DNA of 32,000 nucleotides from Dickeya solani IPO 2222 (GTDB lineage Bacteria; Pseudomonadota; Gammaproteobacteria; Enterobacterales; Enterobacteriaceae): NCBI RefSeq assembly GCF_001644705.1, contig NZ_CP015137.1, positions 3,120,001 to 3,152,000 of the forward strand, read 5' to 3'. Shown piece by piece: positions 25,911 to 32,000 of this stretch (position 1 is its first letter; each line of letters starts with the position of its first letter). The notes under the pieces were generated by a model. It saw only the letters and a program-made list of their open reading frames with translations, ran no database searches and was not told where the DNA came from. The position numbers and the translations under genes were made by a program.

Positions 25911-26857
25911 AAAACTGTCAACCCATTATTATTTGCATGATTGCCGGCCTGTCGTTTTCCGCCCACGGCGTTGGGCCGGAAAACAGTGGGCCGGAAAACA
26001 GTAGGCCGGAAAACAGTAGGCCGGAAAACAATGGGGCAACAATGAAAGGGAGTTCCCGCGCGGTATTATCGGGTAACCGGGCTTTTGCTGAAGAGAATGG
26101 CGTTTATCAGGCGCACGGTATTTTGCGGGCGATAAATCGGGCCACGCTTTCTTCGGAGTTGGGCGCTCAGATATTACAAATTCCATTCCGCGAAGGGATG
26201 ACGTTTAAAAAAGGCGACCTGCTGGTCGGGTTTAATTGCGCCCGTCCCCGTGCCGAGGCGGACGCAGCCAATGAGGAAGTGAAGGTAAAAAAGAACGCCT
26301 GGGACACCAATATCGAGCTGGATAAATTCCAGTCGGTGGGGCGTTATGACTTGCTCACCTCGCAGGCGGAATACAACCAGGCGGTCGCCAAAGCGCGCGG
26401 GCTGGCGATTCAAATCAGTTATTGCGAAATTCGCGCGCCTTTTGCCGGCGTGGTGCAGGAACTGAAAGTCTCGCCGTTTGAAGCGGTTTCGGTCAGCCAG
26501 CCGTTGATTACCATTGTGGACCCGAGCGCGCTGGAACTGAACGTAATCGTGCCGTCTTCGTGGTTGAACTGGTTGCAAGCCGATATTCCGCTCCAGTTTA
26601 TGGTGGATGAAACCCAGTCGGTTTATCAGGGCCATGTCACTCAGGTGTTGCCGCAAATCGATGCGGTGAGCAAGACGGTAAAAATTATCGGCAAGCTGGA
26701 TGCCGACGCATTGGGCCCCAACGTGTTTGGCCCCGGTATGAGCGGGTCGGTCATGTTTAAACAGTCGATCATCTCTAAACAGTCGGTTATCTCTAAACCG
26801 TCGGTCATCTCTAAACCGTCGGTCATCTCTAAACTACAGGGGGACGGTCATGAATAA
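25907..26857 (+). CDS. Membrane-fusion-protein (HlyD/RND-adaptor-like) periplasmic adaptor, 316 aa, with short peptide repeats at both ends
   Basis: The ATG at 25907 overlaps the TolC-like stop (ATGA). Signal sequence MKNCQPIIICMIAGLSFSAHG. Lipoyl-like halves are LQIPFREGMTFKKGDLLVGF ... ISYCEIRAPFAGVVQELKV, with a short hairpin between them. A beta-barrel segment LNVIVPSSWLNWLQADIPLQFMVDE follows. The ORF-track start at 25856 was rejected. Confidence 0.8.
   Translation: MKNCQPIIICMIAGLSFSAHGVGPENSGPENSRPENSRPENNGATMKGSSRAVLSGNRAFAEENGVYQAHGILRAINRATLSSELGAQILQIPFREGMTFKKGDLLVGFNCARPRAEADAANEEVKVKKNAWDTNIELDKFQSVGRYDLLTSQAEYNQAVAKARGLAIQISYCEIRAPFAGVVQELKVSPFEAVSVSQPLITIVDPSALELNVIVPSSWLNWLQADIPLQFMVDETQSVYQGHVTQVLPQIDAVSKTVKIIGKLDADALGPNVFGPGMSGSVMFKQSIISKQSVISKPSVISKPSVISKLQGDGHE
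25973..26032 (+). repeat. In-frame 15-bp microrepeat x4, encoding (G/R)PENS x4
   Basis: gggccggaaaacagt, gggccggaaaacagt, aggccggaaaacagt, aggccggaaaacaat, encoding GPENSGPENSRPENSRPENN immediately after the signal sequence of the adaptor. Confidence 0.9.
26759..26830 (+). repeat. In-frame 18-bp microrepeat x4, encoding K(Q/P)S(I/V)IS x4
   Basis: aaacagtcgatcatctct, aaacagtcggttatctct, aaaccgtcggtcatctct, aaaccgtcggtcatctct. This is the C-terminal tail KQSIISKQSVISKPSVISKPSVISK of the adaptor, 20 nt before the next gene's start. Confidence 0.9.
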
Positions 26858-28214
26858 TACGATCCCCACACAAGGCAATAATAATACCGCCCCGCTGGGG
26901 CAACTGGCGCTGCCTGCGTTGAAGCTGTTGCAGTTTGAAGCGGCAATCAGAAAGCTGGCGGATGAGCGAATCATGAAAGCGCATATCGCCAATGCGGTGC
27001 GTCAGCTGTTGCCTTATGAACAGGCGATTGTCTGGCAGCGCAATCAGTTCTCCGGCAAATTGCGCGTAGTGCAGATATCGGACGTCAAGGGCGTAGAGCG
27101 CAAAGCGCCGCTGTTGCTGGCGCTGGAACGGTTCCTCAATAAAAAAGGCCAGGCGCTGGAGGCGTGCCGGGTACTGAATTTGCAACAGTCTACGGCAGCC
27201 GAACTGAAAAACTACCCGTTGCAACATGGCCTGTGGTTGCCGCTCGGCTATCGGGAGCAGCCGGAGGCCGGCGTGCTCTACCTGCGCAGCGAGCAGGATT
27301 TTAATGAAGCCGAGCAGTCGCTGGCGCTGCGCCTTTCCGAGACTTACACCCATGCGTGGCTGGCGTTGCGGCGCGAACCGCGGCTGTCGCAGGGGACACG
27401 GCTACTGCGTCACTGTTTGTGGCTGGTGCCGGCTATTCTGGTGGTAGGCGGGTTTATCCCGGTGCCGCTCAGCGTGGTGGCGCCGGCGGAGGTGATCGCC
27501 CGCGAACCTTACCGCCTGACCGCGCCGATTGATGGCGTGGTGCGGCAGATTCTGGTTGCGCCGAACAGCCAGGTGGCGTCCGGAACGTCGCTGGTGCAGT
27601 TCGAAGATCTGAAACCTTACAACGAAATGGTGCTGGCCGGGCAGGAGCTGGCGGTCGCGGAAGCGCACAGCGGACAGGTCAACGCCTCGGCGTTTGAGGA
27701 TGAAAAATTCCGTCAGGAGATGGCGGTAGCCAGTACCGAATACCTGCTGGCGAGGGGGCGCTATCAGTACATGACGGACATTTACCAGCGCACCAAAGCC
27801 GTTGCGCCGCAATCCGGCATCGCCATCTATACCAATAAGCGCGACTGGGAAGGTAAAACCGTGCGGGTGGGCGAGGAGATCATGCAGGTGGCGGACCCGC
27901 AGAAGATCCAGTATCAGATTGCACTGCCGGTCAATGACAGCATTCACCTTAAAGCCGGCGACCGGATTCGGATCTTTCTCGACAGCTCGCCGTTGAAATC
28001 CTACAGCGCCACGCTGACCACCTTCAGTTATACCCCGCAAGTCACCCCAGAAGGCGTCAGCAGCTATACGCTGCTGGCCGAGGCGGATAGCGAAGATGTT
28101 TACCCGCGTATCGGCGCCCGGGGAACCGCGCGTATCTATACGGAAGACGTGCCGCTGTGGTTTCAGCTGTTGCGCCGTCCCATTGCGTCGGCCAGACAGT
28201 TTCTGGGGGTGTGA
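26850..28214 (+). CDS. GAF-like cytoplasmic domain :: single TM :: MFP (HlyD-like) adaptor fusion, 454 aa
   Basis: 8-nt overlap with the upstream gene; AGGGGG SD at about 26837. The N-terminal ~185 aa end in the GAF-like pattern ...HGLWLPLGYREQPEAGVLYLRSEQDFNEAEQSLALRLSETYTHAWLAL. The TM is LLRHCLWLVPAILVVGGFIPV. A lipoyl-like region (RLTAPIDGVVRQILVAPNSQVASGTSLVQFED) follows, then a coiled coil and beta-barrel. Confidence 0.75.
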   Translation: MNNTIPTQGNNNTAPLGQLALPALKLLQFEAAIRKLADERIMKAHIANAVRQLLPYEQAIVWQRNQFSGKLRVVQISDVKGVERKAPLLLALERFLNKKGQALEACRVLNLQQSTAAELKNYPLQHGLWLPLGYREQPEAGVLYLRSEQDFNEAEQSLALRLSETYTHAWLALRREPRLSQGTRLLRHCLWLVPAILVVGGFIPVPLSVVAPAEVIAREPYRLTAPIDGVVRQILVAPNSQVASGTSLVQFEDLKPYNEMVLAGQELAVAEAHSGQVNASAFEDEKFRQEMAVASTEYLLARGRYQYMTDIYQRTKAVAPQSGIAIYTNKRDWEGKTVRVGEEIMQVADPQKIQYQIALPVNDSIHLKAGDRIRIFLDSSPLKSYSATLTTFSYTPQVTPEGVSSYTLLAEADSEDVYPRIGARGTARIYTEDVPLWFQLLRRPIASARQFLGV

Positions 28215-28216
28215 AG

Positions 28217-30298
28217 ATGCTTGACGACAGCACGGCGCTGCCCCGTTTACGTCAGGAACTGCAACTGGAGTCCAGTCCCGGCAACGACGGAGAGATGAGC
28301 TGGCGCATTTACGATCCCTGGCAGCATCGTTTCTTTCAGTTGCCGGAAAGTGACGTGATGCTGATTTCCCGGCCCGGCTGTCGCACCATTGGTCAACTGA
28401 AACCGTTGCTGGATTCGTATGGGCTGCGTTTCGATATGGAGCAGTTCGGTTCGCTGACGCTGTTTCTGCGCCAGCAGCACCTGCTGATGGCGCAGGACTA
28501 CGCGGCATCGGCGGAAGAAAAGCCCAAGGCGCTGTTGCTGCGCAAACCCAGTGTCCGGCAACTGTCGTTATGGGACCCGATGCCGCTGTTGCATCTGGTA
28601 GCCGGACACCATCTGCGCTGGCTTACCCGCGCGTTGTTGACGCTCTGGCTGATAGTCACGCTGGTCGGGTTGTATCTGACGGCCAGACAGTGGGACAGCT
28701 ACCTCGCCACTTTCCGGGATTTCTATTCGCTGCAAGGCGTGCTGGGGTTTGGCGTGGCGATCCTGTTTCTGAAATGGTTTCACGAAATGGGGCATGCCTT
28801 TGTGGCGTATCGTCAGGGCTGTCGGGTAGGGAAAATGGGCATTTCCCTGTTTGTTATCTTTCCGATGTTTTACACCGACCTGACCGACGCGGCGCGGGTG
28901 GTCCAGCCGCGTCGCCGGATGTGGATTGCGCTGGGCGGCGTGGGAGCCGAGACGCTGATCGCCGGTCTGGCTACCGCGGGGTGGGCGTTGTTGCCGCCGG
29001 GTACGCTGCGTTCCATCTGCTTTGTGCTGGCGACCACCAGTTGGGTGACGACGCTGGCTATCAACCTTAATCCGTTTTCCCGTTTTGACGGTTACTACTT
29101 TTTAAACGATCTGACCGGGGTGGATAACCTACAGCCGCGCTCGCGCTCGCTGCTCAATTATTACTGGCACCGGTGCGTATTGGGGCCGGTGCTGGACAAA
29201 CCGGAGCCGGTGGGTGGCCTGCGCCCCAAGCTGATGGCGCTGTATGGCCTGATGGTGCTCGCGTATCAAATGTTTCTGATTCTGGGCATCGGCTATCTGG
29301 CTTACCGGTTTTTCATCCCGATGATCGGGATACTGATATTCGCTTATATCCTTTATCACTATCTGCTGCTGCCGCTTGTGCTAATGGGGAGAGATATGGT
29401 TCGACACCGGGAGAAAATAACCTGGAGACGCAAACTGGTGCTGACGTTGCTGCCGTTCGTGGCGATTGTCGCCTTTTTTTGCCCGCTTCCCCGTACCGTT
29501 AATATCCCCGCGATGGTGAATATCCAGGGGCAAACCCTGATTCACACGCCGGATAAAGCGCGGCTGGAGACGGTCGCCATCGGTAATGGCGACCGGGTAC
29601 GGCAGGGACAGGTGCTACTGCGCTTTTCCTCACCGGAACTCACCTTCCAGCGCGAGCAGGCGATGATGGAGCATGATCTGATGCAGTTCCGGCTCAACCG
29701 CATCAGCAGCTCCGAGGCGGAAAAACTGGAAACCGTGACGCTGCGGCAGAAGTTGCAGGAAGCGGAAGAAACGCTGGTCGGGCTGGATAACCAACTGGCG
29801 CAGTTGGTCTGGCGTTCACCTGTCGATGGCGTGGTGGTGGATCTGCTAGCCAACCTGCAGCCGGGGCAGTGGTTCTCGCCGGATCAGACCATCGGCCGGA
29901 TTCTGGAAGGCGACAAACAGGACATCATTGGCTATGTGGATGAAACCTTTGTCTCCCGTCTGTCGCCCGATCTGAAGGGGAAGTACATCCCCAATAACCT
30001 GTCGATGCCGTCCCTGCCGGTCAACGTTGAACAACTGGATCCGAACAGTTCCGAATTTATCACCCCAAAATCCCTCAGCGTCCTGTACGGCGGGCCGATC
30101 GCGTCGCTGAAAAATGATAAAGGGGATGCGGTACCGGTGGTGGCGATGCACCGAATACAGTTTCTGTTTAGCGACGCCAGTCTGCCCGACCAGCAGGCGT
30201 CGCAGGGCGTGGTGGTGTTGCGGCTGGCGCCGGAGAGCCTTGCCAGTCAGTCGGGAAAACGGTTGTGGCGTTTGATTATTGCCGAACTTAACCAGTAA
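28217..30298 (+). CDS. Soluble N-domain (PqqD/RRE-like by pattern) :: M50 site-2-protease membrane core :: MFP (HlyD-like) C-terminal domain, 693 aa
   Basis: The ATG at 28217 lies 2 nt after the upstream stop. HExxH (HEMGH) is at 28781-28795 inside a TM segment. The second S2P motif NxxPxxxxDG (NLNPFSRFDG) is at 29063-29092. There are at least 6 hydrophobic helices. After the last TM (LVLTLLPFVAIVAFFCPLP) comes a lipoyl-like TLIHTPDKARLETVAIGNGDRVRQGQVLLRF, a coiled coil, and VWRSPVDGVVVDLLANLQPGQWF. The ORF-track start at 28157 was rejected. Confidence 0.8.
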   Translation: MLDDSTALPRLRQELQLESSPGNDGEMSWRIYDPWQHRFFQLPESDVMLISRPGCRTIGQLKPLLDSYGLRFDMEQFGSLTLFLRQQHLLMAQDYAASAEEKPKALLLRKPSVRQLSLWDPMPLLHLVAGHHLRWLTRALLTLWLIVTLVGLYLTARQWDSYLATFRDFYSLQGVLGFGVAILFLKWFHEMGHAFVAYRQGCRVGKMGISLFVIFPMFYTDLTDAARVVQPRRRMWIALGGVGAETLIAGLATAGWALLPPGTLRSICFVLATTSWVTTLAINLNPFSRFDGYYFLNDLTGVDNLQPRSRSLLNYYWHRCVLGPVLDKPEPVGGLRPKLMALYGLMVLAYQMFLILGIGYLAYRFFIPMIGILIFAYILYHYLLLPLVLMGRDMVRHREKITWRRKLVLTLLPFVAIVAFFCPLPRTVNIPAMVNIQGQTLIHTPDKARLETVAIGNGDRVRQGQVLLRFSSPELTFQREQAMMEHDLMQFRLNRISSSEAEKLETVTLRQKLQEAEETLVGLDNQLAQLVWRSPVDGVVVDLLANLQPGQWFSPDQTIGRILEGDKQDIIGYVDETFVSRLSPDLKGKYIPNNLSMPSLPVNVEQLDPNSSEFITPKSLSVLYGGPIASLKNDKGDAVPVVAMHRIQFLFSDASLPDQQASQGVVVLRLAPESLASQSGKRLWRLIIAELNQ

Positions 30299-30330
30299 CT
30301 GAAATTAACCAGTAACGCGGGAGGGGTGAC

Positions 30331-31317
30331 ATGACATTGACTCGACGTGCATTTCTGGCGGGCGCCTCCGCCTGTATGGTAGCGCCCTGGTTGGGAGCGG
30401 GAGCCGCGGAAACCGCGCCATCCGGCGAATTGATCTTCGGATACGGCAAAACCGGGATCGGCAGCGCGCTGGCTGTAGATACCGCGGCGTCGCTGGCGCA
30501 ATCTTATCAGCAGAACCATTACCAACTGGTCAATATTCCCAGCGGGAACAGCCTGCGCGCCGTTTCGACGGTTAAACGCGCCGTTCCCGATGGCCGAACG
30601 TTGCTGCAGGCCCAGTCGCCGCAGATGAATCTGCTGCCGGTGATCTACCGCAGTTTGCCGTATGACCCGCTCACGGATTTCGAGCCGCTGGCGATCATGG
30701 GGGAATACACCCTGTTCCTGACCATCGGCAAGCTGGTAGATCCCCGGGTCAAAACGCTGGATGACTACCTGCGCTGGGTGGAGAGGAACCCGGAATACCG
30801 TAATGTCGGGTTCACTCAGTTTGGCTCGACCGGCCATATCGCGCAGGCGATTCTGTCGCGCCAGAAAGAAGTGGCGATCCAGCCGGTGGCCTACTTTGGT
30901 TCTTCGATGATGATCGAGGATTTACTGAATGGTTACCTCTCGGCCGGGCTGGTGATTTCGGGTAATGCCTCCGGCGCGTTTCGAAGCGGTCGTCTGCGCG
31001 CGGTCGCCGTTACCAGCACCGAGCGTCATCCCGGCTGGGAAAATATTCCGACCTGCAAGGAGCAGGGGGTGCCGGAAATGGCGATTAATGGCTGGTACGG
31101 CTGGTTTGCGCCGGCCTCAATGCCCGATCGCATCTACGCGCCGCTGGCCGAGGCGTTACAACAGCGCATTCAGCATGAGCATTATACCGCTGTACTGGAT
31201 CGCTATTCGCTGAAGCCGGTGTTGTCGTCATCCCCCGGCAAGATTCGGGAACGTATCCGCGATGAGCAGGAATACTACCGTGAATTGGTCGACAGTTATC
31301 ACATCAGCCGGATCTGA
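30331..31317 (+). CDS. Bug/TctC-family (tripartite tricarboxylate transporter-type) periplasmic substrate-binding protein with a twin-arginine-like signal
   Basis: MTLTRRAFLAGASACMVAPWLGAGAAE signal. Family-like blocks are DGRTLLQAQSPQMNLLPVIYRSLPYDPLTDFEPLA, KTLDDYLRWVERNPEYRNVGF..GSTGHIAQAIL, GRLRAVAVTSTERHPGWENIPT..EQGVPEMAINGWYGWFAPASMP. GGGAGGGG SD lies upstream. Confidence 0.75.
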   Translation: MTLTRRAFLAGASACMVAPWLGAGAAETAPSGELIFGYGKTGIGSALAVDTAASLAQSYQQNHYQLVNIPSGNSLRAVSTVKRAVPDGRTLLQAQSPQMNLLPVIYRSLPYDPLTDFEPLAIMGEYTLFLTIGKLVDPRVKTLDDYLRWVERNPEYRNVGFTQFGSTGHIAQAILSRQKEVAIQPVAYFGSSMMIEDLLNGYLSAGLVISGNASGAFRSGRLRAVAVTSTERHPGWENIPTCKEQGVPEMAINGWYGWFAPASMPDRIYAPLAEALQQRIQHEHYTAVLDRYSLKPVLSSSPGKIRERIRDEQEYYRELVDSYHISRI

Positions 31318-31366
31318 TGTGAGGCTGTTTTGATGGAACATCCGTAAATCGATTGGGAGACGAATC

Positions 31367-32000
31367 TATGGCTATGACCCGGCGAACATTCCTGGCGGGC
31401 TGCTCTTCGCTGCTATTCCCCGCGCTGTATTCACGTGGACCCCTGGCCGCCGCGCCGCAGGAAGGCGTGGTGATGTTTGGTTACGCCCAGACCGGGTTGG
31501 GCAGCAAGGTGGCGTCCGAGGTGTCGGTATTGCTGGAATCGCAATATCATGAGCGGCGTTATCGGCTGTATAACGAACCCGGCGAAAACAGTGTCAGGGC
31601 GGTGATGTCGGCGAAAAAATCGCCCGGCGATGGCGGCGTGCTGCTGATGGCGCAATCGCCGCAGCTCATTATTTTCCCGTCTATCTACAATCATCTGCCC
31701 TACAATCCATTGACTGATTTCAGGCCGCTGGCGATAACCGGCGAGTATACCTTGCTGCTGACGCTGGGGCCGATAGTGGACTCCAGGGTAAAAAGCCTGG
31801 ACGATTATGTTCGTTGGGTGGAAAACAACCCGGAGTTCAGCAATATCGGCTTTGCCCAGTTTGGCTCTCCCGGTCACATGGCGCAGCTGGTGCTCGGGCG
31901 TGAAAAGAACGTGGCGCTGCAACCGCAATCCTACTATGGCACCTCAATGATTGTGGATGACCTTATGAACGGGCATCTGGCGGCGGCGTTTTTGATTTCC
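31367..32000 (+). CDS. Second Bug/TctC-family binding protein (paralog of the previous gene), 3' end outside the window
   Basis: Not in the ORF track because it runs off the window. My own translation from the ATG at 31367: MAMTRRTFLAGCSSLLFPALYSRGPLAAAPQEGVVMFGYAQTGLGSKVASE...DGGVLLMAQSPQLIIFPSIYNHLPYNPLTDFRPLAITGEYTLLLTLGPIVDSRVKSLDDYVRWVENNPEFSNIGFAQFGSPGHMAQLVLGREKNVALQPQSYYGTSMIVDDLMNGHLAAAFLIS. It is colinear with the 30331-31317 product. Confidence 0.75.

Noticed and set aside
27402-28508. 368-aa minus-strand ORF overlapping the GAF-MFP and protease-fusion genes
   Set aside because: The product is an Arg/Ala/Gly-rich antisense artefact with no recognisable motif. The plus-strand genes have SDs, coupled starts and domain signatures.
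30247-31928. Minus-strand ORFs of 196 aa (30247-30837) and 165 aa (31431-31928) opposite the Bug-like genes
   Set aside because: Both are Arg/Gln/His-rich antisense artefacts. The plus-strand products are colinear paralogs with Tat-like signals.
24384-32000. Searched the translated downstream genes for P-loop (GxxxxGK[ST]) or ABC-signature motifs, for example EGKTV in the GAF-MFP and YGKTG in the first Bug-like protein
   Set aside because: The GK[ST] occurrences lack the upstream glycine spacing and sit in non-ATPase contexts. No nucleotide-binding domain could be supported by eye.
1-32000. Looked for mobile-element hallmarks (transposase, integrase, tRNA attachment site, long inverted or direct flanking repeats) that would define the giant-gene locus as a genomic island
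   Set aside because: None was found in the window. The horizontal-acquisition idea rests only on AT-rich flanks and atypical gene families, so it is reported as a low-interest hypothesis rather than as a mobile-element feature.

Overview
GC-rich gammaproteobacterial chromosome segment. Gene content and codon style look Enterobacterales/Pectobacteriaceae-like, but this is inference only. All family calls below come from reading motifs by eye; no searches were run.

Bases 1-14.2 kb hold ordinary and accessory genes:
- a LysR-type regulator fragment, a NUDIX hydrolase and a TauE/SafE permease
- a hypothetical protein and a thioester-reductase-like SDR enzyme flanked by AT-rich DNA
- a MipA/OmpV outer-membrane protein divergent from an OmpR-type response regulator and histidine kinase, followed by an RND adaptor and RND pump
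- a beta-barrel outer-membrane protein and an HxlR-type regulator

Bases 14.4-30.3 kb are the standout. A 9.9-kb gene encodes a 3308-aa protein with a DUF4347-like N-terminal domain and about 30 cadherin/Ig-like modules. Twenty-seven of these are exact 276-bp tandem units. I saw no Sec signal and no RTX block.

Four tightly or translationally coupled genes follow it:
- a TolC-like lipoprotein
- a membrane-fusion-protein (MFP) adaptor
- a GAF-like::MFP fusion
- a PqqD/RRE-like::M50 site-2 protease::MFP fusion

No ABC, RND or MFS energising transporter is visible in this half of the window. I read this as a candidate undescribed protease-coupled, ATPase-less secretion/processing system for the giant adhesin-like protein.

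Two tandem Bug/TctC-type binding-protein paralogs follow with no terminator. No tRNA, rRNA, CRISPR array, transposase or integrase was seen.
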